DNA of 51,703 nt, the filler included, from Catajapyx aquilonaris (taxonomy: Eukaryota), in assembly GCA_000934665.2 (NCBI GenBank). It is 2 parts of 2 records of this genome, joined end to end, with 100 filler letters (N's around TTAATTAATTAA, not from the genome) between each part and the next. Parts side by side here need not be neighbours in the genome. Positions count along the whole stretch, not along the records: positions 1 to 25,522 come from JYFJ02005355.1; 1 more part is not named here. One strand, 5' to 3'. Every line of letters begins with the position of its first letter. Position 1 is the stretch's first letter. The notes under the pieces are model-generated. The model had not been told where the DNA came from. It saw only the letters and a program-made list of their open reading frames with translations, and searched no databases. Below, one piece after another: positions 1 through 11,782 of this stretch. Position numbers and translations under genes: made by a program.

Positions 1-132
1 TTTGGAGAAGTTGCCACGAAGATGGACAAAGTGTATTGACCAGTGTGGGGACTATGTTGAGAAATAAAATTGTTTCTTTGTCATGTCTCGCGTATGTCTA
101 CTTGAAACCACGAACTTATATAACACCCCTCG
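1..132 (+). mobile_element. 3' end of a mariner transposon (transposase C-terminus plus right TIR)
   Basis: 2..67 translates LEKLPRRWTKCIDQCGDYVEK*, the typical mariner C-terminus. It is followed by ...TAACACCCCTCG|TA, a mariner-type end with a TA target. Confidence 0.85.
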
Positions 133-929
133 TAAGTTAGGTCAATGAATGGTTACATAAAAGTCCCCGGTAGGCATATCATGCAGCATCCTATTGTTAA
201 TATAACATGAACTGCCTGCTTAAAAAAGTTAGTGTTAGTTGAATAGGAGATCAAGGAATTCTGGCACCTCGAGGGGCCTATCACCACTGAACCAGCAATT
301 AATGTTTGTTCATTTTTTTTAAACACCACCATAATTATAGGGTGTAGGTACTGTAGGATAAGGGTAGAATGAAATAGGTGTAGCCCTTCCAAAATGGACA
401 TCATCCCAGAATTGTCTTAGAAAACTGCAATCATGACAGTCAGCACCAGGGATCATTCTGCGACCTCCACATTGTCAGCCTGAATGACTAACGACTAACC
501 ACTATGCTAATCACCTCACTACTTGAATGAAAAAATGACTGACACTGCAAGAGCATTTTTGTGTGTCATTGTGAATGTGCTACACTGTATCCATCTATTC
601 TGGTGTCCAGACTCTAGCGATAACTTAGGTGGAGATTGCAGAGCTTATTCTATAAACAAGAAAAGGAACTTGTAAGGGGTTTCTGTCACTCTTTGAGGCT
701 GACCATTTAGTCATTTACAAACAAATGCAATTCCCCCCAAAAATTTTATATTTTAGTTTGCCTATCACAGTACCATGAAGAATTTCCATCTGCTAACGAA
801 ACAGTATTCACATAAAAGTAGAGGTGAGGATGTTTCTGTATAGCCTACAGTCAATTACATTAGTAATCACGCATCACTATTTGAGTTGCACTCTACAATC
901 TACATAGCTCTGATATACTGTTGAGAATG

Positions 930-1216
930 GAGGGCGTGTCGTCCTCCATTCTCAACAGTAGCTATATCAGAGAGTGGCGGAGTGGTTAGCGCCGCAGCCT
1001 TCCACCTCTAAGGTCCCGAGTTGGATCCCCGGGTCGAACGGAGGATACTTGTGTGGATAGAGTTTCGATGGGTTCTCTTCGTATTCGCGTGGGTTTTCGC
1101 GGGGTTCTCCCGTTTCCTCCCGCAATCAAAATCCATCACAGCAAAGGCAATGGTTAAAGACGGTTATTCAAAAGATGATCCCCTAAGAGGCCCAAGGAGG
1201 CCTATCACGGGGTATC

Positions 1217-1261
<45 letters not shown>
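930..1261 (+). mobile_element. tRNA-derived SINE (family A) with (TTA)n tail and 14-bp TSD
   Basis: A-box-like GTGGCGGAGTGG and B-box-like GAGTTGGATCC. TSD TACTGTTGAGAATG at 916-929 and 1262-1275. Homologous to copies at ~23155, ~40090 and ~40936. Confidence 0.9.
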
Positions 1262-1264
<3 letters not shown>

Positions 1265-4200
1265 TGTTGAGAATGAAGTGTTGAGTGGAAGTAGCCAGAA
1301 CCAAATTGGTTTTCCTGCCAGGATGTGGCAATTTCCTGCTATCCGTTCTTGCAAACATATCTACCGGCTAACAATCTCAATGCCGGTTCCACTAAAGCAC
1401 ACATGGAGTGTGATGCTCAAGTGAAGGAAAATATTTCAGGCATGTTACTGGACAGCATCACGCCCACACAGTGCAGTAAGTGTTTTATTTGGTTTATTGT
1501 GATAGCCAATGCAAAATAGGCCACAAGGCATCTTACGGTATAACAGGCAAGTATAGCACAACATATTAACCTAATCCAATACCAAATTACTCTGCATTAT
1601 TTTTCAATTGGGAAGTTATTGCAGCATGTGATAGCAATTCAGTTTATTGACATTTGCATGAGTTACAGTGCTGTCATACTGGTCAGATTACTTGGTTACT
1701 ATGGTTGGTGTAAAAAAAATAGACTAAAATGGGGATATCACTAAAAATTTATTACAATGGTACACCTTGATGATACCCCCAGCCAAAAATTATGAAAATT
1801 TAGGTGTTTTTTGTTCTTAGTAGGTAAACCCAACATGCACATTTTGTGAGAAATTGGTCACCTTGTAGATGCCTCATTAGTATTAAGCTTTCAGTCCATA
1901 ATAAGTTAGTGTTAAATTTTGCTTTGATGTTGCGAAGATTGCAAGAGGAAATAAGTTCAGGAGGGAGATTGCTAAACTAACTTGTAGATCAATAATAATA
2001 ATCAATATATTGAAGGCCCTTATGACATAACTTTGAAATTCACATGATATAAATCAGCCAAAGAGGAGCAGAAATGCTAGTGAAGCCACCAAGATTGCCT
2101 GATTGGAATAACGCAAGGGGTTAACAACTTCGGTACTCCGGTGTACACCTGCAGTGGTACTCCTTGGTACTCCTTATTTGGTAGTGTACTCCAGTGTACA
2201 CACTACAGTCGAGTGGTTAACCCTGGGAATAACGTGACCAGTAGGGCCTAAAGGAGCTAGTGGTGTTACTTGAAGGCAAAGGAACACACATGTTGCATAG
2301 CTATTTCCTTCGTGGACCACATTTTTATCATTTTATGCATCCTCTATCGACTGATAGCAGCAATGGGCTTCATCATTTCCAGTTGGATTCTGCTTCTATA
2401 TATGCTTCTAATTTTCTGAAACACACAATCTACCACATTTAGAATTATTGCACTGCACATGACAATTTGACGACAGGGAATTGAGCATACTCTTCGACAA
2501 TTTTGATAAATCAATACTGCAGTGGTCAACACAGTCAGGAAACATCCTAATAGAATGCAAACAACCAGGAATTGCTGAATCATGTTCTGTACTACCTTAG
2601 TTAGCTAAACCAGTCCAATGGGTAAAAAACAAACATTACAGCTGAATGTGGCACAATATGAATAACCACCTTATATTGGAACCTGCCCAGTTAATCAAAC
2701 TTAACTCTTGTTCAGTGACACTTTCTTGTTTTCCTTTCTCAAGTATGATAATAATGGCTTAAGAGTTTTAGGTGGCATATATTTTCAATAGCCTATAACA
2801 ATGCTCTTGCAATGATGTGTCAATACCTCTTGCATGATTTTTGGACACAAGAAACTACTGGATGTTTCCTGACAACAAAGTATCTCTAAAACTTTGGAAA
2901 GCGTGCATAACTTATGAATGTTTTTCTTCTTCTTATTTTGATCAACATTTCCATTGGCCCCAGTGTTGTATAATATTGAACCTAGACCCATTAATCCTAA
3001 TAATTTCCTTTCCTACTCTGTCCCTTCTATAGGGAATCAGATTTAGACGCGTGCTCCACACCTAGACCTTACCCAGCAGACGTAGGCCTACCCATCCCGG
3101 CCTCCCCTATTACATCAGCAATAAAACCCAGAAGTCAGCACCACGTTGTCTTATTGAGCACCGCCAACCATAGCACCCAGTATGTTGGTTCAAAAAGGAT
3201 CTGAAACCTGGTTTTTCTTTTCCATTTAATGCAAAATTATTTCAATGAAATGTTCCAGCTTCTTTCGCAATGGCATTGCCAATTTTGTAAATCTGTTGGT
3301 ACATTTTTGACACTGTTAAAAATCTATGTTGGACGATATTGACAGCTTGCAAATGATCCCTCCCGACCACTATGTCAAGGGCGTGCTAATCTAATTCCAT
3401 GCATCCTTATCATGTTGCCCTGATGGCCCTGACCCACCTCTCACTCCAGAATTTCCCCCCAACTTTTCAAGCTTTTTCTCCTACATCTGCTCAGGTCGCT
3501 CAGTGAATTCAGATCACCAGTAAAGAGATGAGGGAAACTAGTGACAATGTCCAATAAAACGTCAGCAAGTAGTAGTTTCCTCTATAGGAAGAATTCTCCA
3601 AATAACTCGACCATTTATTGTAAGATCGTCCATTCATTAGGATCCTTATTATAATAAAATAGGAACAGTTTTTATGAAGCTTACTAATCAATGTCAAGGT
3701 ATCATTGGCATGGAAATTACACGTCCTGCATTCCAGGAAGACAGGAAGGATTAGATGACTAATAGTGACTGCGTAGATCGGTCGGGAGCATGGTCAGGAG
3801 AACGCCTTTCTATAGGGAAGTCACACTTCTCTCCAGCTTCAGCTTTGTTGCTGTATTGCAGCAAAATTTTACTGATTTCCTTTTTGTTCATTATGCCAAT
3901 TACTAAAATGGGGGGGGGGGGGATAAAGTTAGAATAAAAATTATATTTGACAGGAGCATAATATTTTCAGCCAGTTTTGAACATTTTTACTGCCTTTCAA
4001 ACTCCACCATAGGGCCTTTCTGGTTCGCTGACCAACCCCTGCAACAACTAGGAGCTAAGTGAACACTCATCTTAGAATCCTGTACACATTATGCATGTTT
4101 TGAGTAACCAAATGAGAACACTGTTTCACCAGTGACTGTGACGAATTCCTCCTGAAAATAAATTACAAGAAGAATCAATTCACTATATTAATTTAGCGAA

Positions 4201-4736
4201 TTTTCCTGCGTGAGACATCCAACCCCATCATCAATGAAGCAAAGCATCTGGGAATCTCTAGCTGTGAACCTAATCGGTCTAAACACGTAAAGTGTTTAGT
4301 AACCTACCGGTACTACATCCTCTTGAATTTTGATTTCAGGAGCACACTCATGAAATTGGTGGTTACGTAACACTTTGCCCGAACCATTTTCGTCCGAAGT
4401 CATTTCGTTCAATGGAATTCTCGTCCAAAAATTTTCGTCCTATACAATTTTCTTACCCGTGCCTGGTACCAACTAGTCACTTTGGCAAAGAGAATATTAT
4501 GCAAATATTGCAATGTCTCAAGGTGAAATTTCATCATACGAGATGTGTTCAGGCGAAAATGGTTCCGTAGAAGAAGTATGGTATCGGATTAGCCTTGAGA
4601 TGTCATTTGCTAACTTCAATTTGCTTTCGAATTCGATAACTATATATTCTAAGTTTTCTTGCAAATGTTCTTCAAAACAGATATGGAAATATTAGATATC
4701 GTACACCACTGACTTCATCCAGATCATTGTTCTTAA

Positions 4737-5610
4737 CCCTGTAGCGCGCATTGTTGCCTGAGGGCAACAATTAATTTGCGCAGGCGCCATAAGCTTCAAC
4801 ACTGGTCCTGGAAACCACAGTGTGGCTTGATGTCACAGTTAGTTTGTTAGCTTCCGCTAGATGACAAGCAATGTCGACAATGATACGATCGGGATATGGT
4901 ATGAAGCGGAGAGAAGCCAAGGTCGTTGAAAATGGCGCGAAATTTGAATTTGCTGAAGCAGCAATTGTTTCTGGAGCTGATCAGATATAGGTGCAGATAT
5001 TAAATATCCAATTACATGTGTAACACTGCAAGAGTAGCTCTCTCGTCGCCATTTGAGGCCATTCTAATTTTGCCAGCACAATTTCATCACAATTTTTTGG
5101 CGGCGCAGGCACAATATTGCTTGAGGTTTGAGTCCTAAGTCATTGTACTATTTTTATTCAAAAACGGAAACATGTACAGATATGACCATTACTACGTTTT
5201 TAAGGCCCGGCGATTACAATTTAGACTGGAATATAGATGGCCCCGAGATCTCAAGGGGAGCCGGTAAACGAAAGGGGATCGTGACCCCCCCACCCCGAGC
5301 TGCATGAGACGGTGGAAGGGTGGGGGTTATGATCGCCTTTAGTTTTCTGGTCCCCTATGCGATATGGATGCCATCTATTTATCAGATGAAATTGTAATCA
5401 CCGGACCTTCAAAACAGGTCATCTCTGTATGTATTACCATTTTTGAATTAAAAAAATACTCGCCATGACCTTTGACTCACCCGGTGTAACTTCAAAGTCA
5501 TTGGGTCAGAGATGACCAAAACATAATAAAAACCAGCCTTACGTCGCATATGATGAGAAAAAGGCGTTAGAATTTTTCTTCCCACAATCCTAAATGTGTG
5601 CAGTGCAGGG
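4737..5610. mobile_element. piggyBac-like non-autonomous element containing a nested MITE
   Basis: TTAA|CCCTG...CAGGG|TTAA ends (4733-36, 5611-14), with imperfect TIRs. Confidence 0.55.
5122..5486. mobile_element. Tc1/mariner-type MITE
   Basis: Long imperfect inverted arms. The right arm is homologous to 47510-47636, which ends CCCTCG|TA. Confidence 0.65.
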
Positions 5611-5976
5611 TTAATTTAATAATTTTGTAATAAACGAAATATTTCTGTAGAACTGGATGCAGTGAGATTCACCATCTGATTATTATTGACAATGCCATAT
5701 GGCTGTTACTAATGAAGAGCTGAGATATGTACAAACAGATAATACCACAAGGTTTGTGGTTGTCAATCATTCTAGATAAGGCCACCAACTGCATAGGGTT
5801 ATATAACCTGCAATGTTTCTCATTCTAGGGTAACCTGCAACTCTGCAAGCACATTGGCGCTTCCTCAGTAGAGCCGATACTACGACTCTGCAGAAGAAAA
5901 TATGCCATATTAGAATGTGCGTCACTTATAGGATGAAGGCTGTTTGGAACGCAGAATTTCAGCTTGCTTGAGAAAC

Positions 5977-6138
5977 ATGGAACGGATGCTTTTTCGTACT
6001 CCTACATGCCTGTCCATCAGACCCAACTCCACGGAAGCAGGAACATCTCGTGGTTCTTTCACGAATTTGGTACAGGCTCTTAGAAAAAGGAACATAGAAG
6101 CTTTCGTTCATGCAATAGAGAGAGTGCCACAAAAAGAG
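5977..6138 (+). CDS. pain: TRPA channel painless-like, coding exon 1
   Basis: ATG 5977 (MERMLFRT...VPQKE). Donor GAG|GTAAAT is phase 0 and in frame with the next exon. The start codon is inferred. Confidence 0.7.
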
Positions 6139-6204
6139 GTAAATACAACATGAGCTACAAAATCTTACTACTGATTATGTCTAATGAAACGGTTTATATT
6201 TTAG

Positions 6205-6419
6205 CTCAGTTTCCGTTCAGAGTCAATCAATTCATTCACCTGTTTGGAATATGCATGCGACGAGGGTCTGGTAGAATTTGTACAGGTGCTATTGTCCAAA
6301 AATAGTAATGTAGAGAAGCGAGGCAGGTATGGATTGACACCGCTGCATTTAGCTGCAAGAAATGGGCATGCTAATGTAGTCAGGATTCTTCTCGAGTCAG
6401 GTGCGCATGTCAATGCAAG
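6205..6419 (+). CDS. pain: TRPA channel painless-like, coding exon 2 (ankyrin repeats)
   Basis: Acceptor TTTTAG|CTC. Translates ...GLTPLHLAARNGHANVVRILLESGAHVNA. Donor AG|GTAAGC, phase 2. Confidence 0.92.
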
Positions 6420-6935
6420 GTAAGCATCAGCAAACTTTTTAAAACTAATTCCCATGCATGTAATGTTCGGAAATGTATACGAAATTATGAGTTGTAAATT
6501 AACTATAGAATTATTGGAATTGCATGTCTCAGAGAGGGGAGGGGGGTATAGTATCTACAAGGTTATTTCATTATGACAAGGCATATGACAATAATACAGT
6601 GTGACACTGTCCAAGACACTTCCGACAAGATGGTGAGATCATTGATAATGTTGGGTATGTGGGTATATGCCATATCCTAAACTGAGGTGTAGTCCTACAT
6701 TTAAATATCACACCCAAATGATAATATGATATTTATAGAGACATTGAGAGAGAGAGTGTGCTAAGAGCTGACCCAGCCAATGAGGCCCTACAGCCCATAA
6801 TCTCCGCTATTTATTAATTACAGAATTTACAACAGTGATATTTAGAGACACGATGGCTTTTAAAATTGCAGCTGTTGCAATTTTACTATACGCCACTGTA
6901 ATTTGAGACCAACATGGGGTGTCATATAGCATTAA

Positions 6936-8062
6936 CCCTTTGATGACGGAGTTTTTGAAGGATTGCATTACCCCAGGGCCTGAGTTTTTTTCCCCCCTTT
7001 TCCGGAAATTTTATGACCTCGCCGATTTTCTTGAAATTCGGTGCATTGGTAGCCCACCCCAAGGGATGAAAAACGCACCTATAGTTACCTGATAAAAATG
7101 ACCTCGTGACCCAATTTTGAGGGGGGCAGAGGTCAAATCATAAAATTTCGACCTCACTGATTTTCTTGAGATTCGGTGCATTGGTAGCCCACCCCAAGGG
7201 ATGAAAAATGCACCTACAGTTACCTGATCAAAATGACCTCGTGACCCAATTCTGATGAGGGCAGAGGTCAAATTCCAACCTCACCGATTTTCTTGAAATT
7301 CGGGGGTTATACCAAGGTTATACACACTTACATTTTTTGCGTACACGCGTACTACCCGCCTTAGTGAATCACAAGGGAGACTTTGCAAGTGCCAGTCACA
7401 AATTTTCCTGAAATTCGGCGCATTGACATAGGTCCCCTCCAATATGGATCACAGGGTCATGTCGAGCAGGGAACTATAGGTGGGTTTGTCATCCCTTGGT
7501 GTGGGCTACTAATGCACCGAATTTGAAGATAATCGGCGAGGTCGGAATTTTATGATTTGACCTCTGCCCCACTCAAAATTGGGTCACGGGGTCACTTTCA
7601 TCAGGTCACTATAGGTGCGTTTTTCATCCCTTGGGGTGGGCTACCAATGCACCGAATTTCAAGAAAATCGGTGAGGTCGAAATTTGACCTGTGCCCCCCT
7701 CCAATATGGTCACAGGGTCATTTCGAGCAGGGAACTATAGTGCGTTTGTCATACCTTGGTGTGGGCTACCAATGGCCCGAATTTGAAGAAAATCGGCGAG
7801 GTCGGAATTTTATGATTTAACCTCTGCCCCCCTCAAAATTGGGTCACGAGGTCATTTTGATCAGGTCACTATAGGTGCGTTTTTCATCCCTTGGGGTGGG
7901 ATACCAATGCACCGAATTTGAAGAAAATCGGCGAGGTTGAAATTTATTGCGTTGAAAAATGACCCAAGTTGGCAGGGCAAATCTTCGGACATCATATGAT
8001 GTCCGTAGGCCCTCCAGCAATGCAAGCTCGGAAATCATATGATGGCCGTAGGCAGCAAAGGG
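6936..8062. mobile_element. piggyBac-like non-autonomous element with inverted arrays of a ~125-135-bp repeat
   Basis: TTAA|CCCTTTG...CAAAGGG|TTAA. About 2 units at 7010-7300 and about 4 inverted units at 7430-7945. Confidence 0.8.
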
Positions 8063-8190
8063 TTAATTACCCCCCGCACATACGAACACCCACATCATAG
8101 ATATTAAACTACGCGTATTACGAGGCCACCTTTAATATCTGTGACCCCCATAAATACGTATACAAATACGAATAGGTATACTCGTATGTA

Positions 8191-8894
8191 TGCAAGGGCA
8201 TTCGGAAAGTAATGAGTGTGTCCATGAAGGAAAATAGGTAGGCCGTCGGAAATATCTTATATTTCACCCCAGTAAGTACCTGTGCATGTTACACTTTGTC
8301 CAACGTTTCTCTTATTTTTCTAGCCCGTCCCAAAAATATTGTTTCTGGAACCCCACCCACGCGTAGCATTCACTTCAGAGTCAGATCCGTGGACCCTTCC
8401 ACAATGTGTGTGTGTGTTTTTTTTATATTGGGAAATAAGAAAAGTCTGACAGTTTTGTCTTCTATTACTAACCTTGCCAAAAGGTCATCCTTGTCGCGGA
8501 GGAAAAATTCCAAGTTGGCATGTGACAGCTCCACTATACAGCTGCCAACTGTGAGATTCAACAGGCTGAAACGAAGGTGTTGATCTGGTGTTGATGAAGG
8601 ATGGTATTCACCACTGCCAAACTGATGCTCAGGACCTCCGCTATACTGTATGTAAGGCACTGTCAACAATCTGTCGCCCGTCCCTTGCCATGGTCTCCAC
8701 TGCATACGCGTTTCCATCCGTCACAGCAGTTTCAGACCTTCCAGGGCAGGGGTCACCTTCCAGGCCCCCTTCCTCACACCTTGCCTCACACTTCAAGCGT
8801 GCAATGCTTCATACGTGGATGAATGGTGACCATTTTCATGTCTAAATAGAAACCACCTGCATGAAAATGTTCATTACTTTCCGAACACCCCTCG
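8191..8894 (-). mobile_element. Internally deleted, decayed mariner
   Basis: TIR cores TTCGGAAAGTAATGA at both ends, right end CCCCTCG|TA. Minus-strand remnants LEGDPCPGRSETAVT (cf. LEDDPRSGRP) and DDLLARLVIEDKT (cf. FL.RIVTGDETW). Confidence 0.8.
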
Positions 8895-9012
8895 TATACA
8901 TTGTAGATTAGTATATTGAGCACTCATCCGTATTAGTGGAAATTTCGAATACTTGCCTGCATCAATGTGGTATACCTGTGGACGAGTGTAGGCTACTGTA
9001 CAGTGCTATATA

Positions 9013-11483
9013 CAGGGTGTATCTGAACTCAGTGCCCCGACGTATATGACTGCCTTCCTAGCCACCAGAGGATCGATTTAAGTATATAGGAGTCATATGT
9101 CTGGGCAGCCTCATTACTGACAAGGGAACGGTACTTGCTGTAAGTTGAGTTGCCCTATGACACTTGGCATAGGGCAAGAAACCATATGGTTGATGCGAAA
9201 AGTGAAGTCCGTTGCGGCTGACATACAAGAGTTTACGAGATAATGGCTTTTAAAGTTTCCTATAGCAGCTGAGGTGGTGGTGGTATTTCTCAGGATAACA
9301 AGTTATGGTATAGAAAATAGCATATCTATCATCTATTTATTTACAGTTTTTACAACCTTTATGATAAGCAATTGTGAACATTAATGATATCATGCTCAAA
9401 GCAATAATAATTTGATTCTAGATACAATATTGTTCCGTGCTTTGAACTTGATCACCCATGATGGTGATGCTTTGAAAAATGTGTTTGGATTAACAGCTCT
9501 TTTGTGTTCCAAGGCAACTGCAGTAATGTAATGTCATGAATGGTGGCATATGAGGGCCTACAAGTCTCTTAAAATCTGCCAAAGTGCGTCTGTTGATTTC
9601 TCGGTACGTGCTTCCTGTGCTATTGGCTATTCCAAACGGACCTACCCGCCGACGTAAGGCATATCGGGTTAGACTGTTCATTTGATGTCCTTTCAACTGT
9701 TTAAAACGATTGGCAACTGAAGTCCATGATCGACGATCCCCCTTTTCAAATCTTGTGCCATCATATGTGGAGCGACCAATCAAAACGCAACAAACGCCGA
9801 AATTTCAAAATCGAGTTATAGGTGGTAGCCCGTCCTTGAGGCTCGGGTCTACGTATGTGTTAGATTGTGGCATTTCTAAATGCAATATCTACTGTGTTAT
9901 AAGGGCTGGAAAATGGAGTGTTGCTTCAAAACGCAATATGTGACCCATACCGGCTACTTCATAACGCAACATGTGCCAAGCAGCCAATGAGAGAGTGCGA
10001 TGCGCAACTGTTACAAATGGACGCCGATATCTTACCAACCCCATAGAGTAAGCTAACCAACCCACACAGTACTACAGTAGTACGTATGTTGTTCTCATCG
10101 ACTCGCTCCAACCCCGAAGGGTGTATAAGTAATAAAATTTAAAAAAAATAGCTAATAATGTTCTCATGATTAGCACATTGTGTTTAGATAATAATTAGTG
10201 TCAAGGATATTATGGTATCATGGTTCCTGCTGATAGAAGAAACTAAGAATTTATCACAGTTTAATAATACGGCCAATGATAATAATAAATCAAAACGCAA
10301 CATCTGACACATGTGCCCATTCAAAACGAAATAAGTCAAATTTTGATTATTTTTTTCTCGTGACTAGACAATTCCTGATTTCATTAACATACACCATTAA
10401 CCACCTCTGCATATGGGCATAATGTACTGCACATTTTGTTTCTTGGTCACATTCCATTAGGGAGCTATCGGTTTTTGTTGAATATCTCGAAATGGCTTTG
10501 TTGGCGTTTGTTGCGTTTTGATTGGTCACTCCACATATGTCCAGTATAGCCACGCCTCTTTGAGATACGCATCTGTCAATGCTGGGTTGGCAGAGGTTGG
10601 TTTTCTTGCGGTTCTTCGCTAGAGTCGTCAGAATCCCGAAAATCATCCGGTTCATCTTCTTCATGAATATATAAAAGATATTCTATAATCATGAAGAAGA
10701 TGAACTGGATGATTTTCGGGATTCTGACGACTCTAGTGAAGAACCGCAAGAACCACCACCTGCCACAAAACCAACCTCTGCCAGCCCAGCATTGACTATG
10801 CGTATCTCGAAAAGGCGTGATATCATTGAACCCAAGTGTTCGGATTTCTTCAATGACTTCTTGGTTGTCAAGCGTATACTTGATTTGGTTGAACATTTCT
10901 GTGTATTGCTTATCATAAAGGTTGTAAACACTGTAAATAAATAGATGATACATATGCTATTTTCTATACCTTAACTAGTTATCCTGGGAAATACAACCAC
11001 CACATCAGCTGCTATAGGAAACTTTAGAAGCCATTATCTCGTAAACTCATGTATGTCAGCCACAACAGACTTCACTTTTCACATCAACCATATCGATTCT
11101 TGCCCTATGCCAAGTGTCAAAGGGCTACTCAACTTGCAGCAAGTACCGTTCCCTTGTGAGATACTCTCTTTAGCGATTTTTGCCTAATCGCTCCTTCTGA
11201 CTTTTAAATAGAATTTTCTGGTGTAACTAGCCAAAGAGGCCTTACCACCTGTGGGCAACAAACCAACAAAGTCCCGCCCCCAGACCTTCCAGAGCCTTCT
11301 GACTGGGGGAGGGTTCGATGGGTGGCCTAACCGACAGGATATTTTGTACTACATGTTTGCGGCCAATTATCTCCGTAATGAGGCTGCCCAGACATATGAC
11401 TCCTATACTTAAATCGATCCTCTGGTGGCTAGGAAGGCAGTCGTATACGTCGGGGCACTGACAGTGAGTTCAGATACACCCTG
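9013..11483 (-). mobile_element. pogo/Tc5-like DNA transposon derivative with long TIRs
   Basis: TA|CAGGGTGTATCTGAACTCA...TGAGTTCAGATACACCCTG|TA. Arms ~9013-9372 match ~10905-11483; the right arm carries ~220 extra bp. Confidence 0.85.
9410..9745 (-). pseudogene. Frameshifted CENP-B/Tc5-type HTH transposase fragment
   Basis: Minus-strand pieces RRSWTSVANRFKQL, ATIHDITL and FFKASPSWVIKFKARNNIVSR match the FKASxxWxxxFKxRxxI HTH motif. Confidence 0.7.
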
Positions 11484-11782
11484 TATAGTACCAAGAGCTA
11501 ATAGCTCTTGGTATAGTACAGTATACCTGCCAAGTTCGAGCCGGGCAGGAGTACCGAAGGCGCAGACCACCATGTGAACCTCATAACCTTTGCAGCAATC
11601 AGGGAGAGGAACGATGTGGCTTATAGCTTATTTTTATTACGAATACAGGCTCAATTCTCAAACATAATACCTGTATGTTATTAGACTGCATGAGTTATAG
11701 AAAGTAAAATCTCTATGGATACAGGCTATTAAGGTTAGAATGAACCCTTTCCAGTGAAATGTACACAACTGTGCAATTTTAG

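Noticed and set aside
973..1040. tRNA-like A/B-box sequences here and at ~25350-25425, ~40410-40484 and ~41140-41204
   Set aside because: These are SINE heads, with bodies, tails and in two cases TSDs. No full cloverleaf.
2125..2216. TTAA-bounded ~90-bp stretch with GTACTCC repeats
   Set aside because: Could be a tiny piggyBac relic, but the TIR match is too short to call.
6201..6455. Antisense ORFs over the channel, ZF and transposase exons
   Set aside because: Shadow frames of real coding sequence on the other strand.
7011..8038. Repeated ORFs (MTSAPLKIGSRGHF...) and a CRISPR-like regular repeat
   Set aside because: They come from a ~130-bp tandem unit in a TE. There are no unique spacers and no cas genes, and the context is eukaryotic.
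11754..11782. ORF-track starts for the large ORFs (11754, 31793, 44571, 46447, 24161)
   Set aside because: Splice acceptors and phase-matched upstream exons show these starts are intronic or internal.
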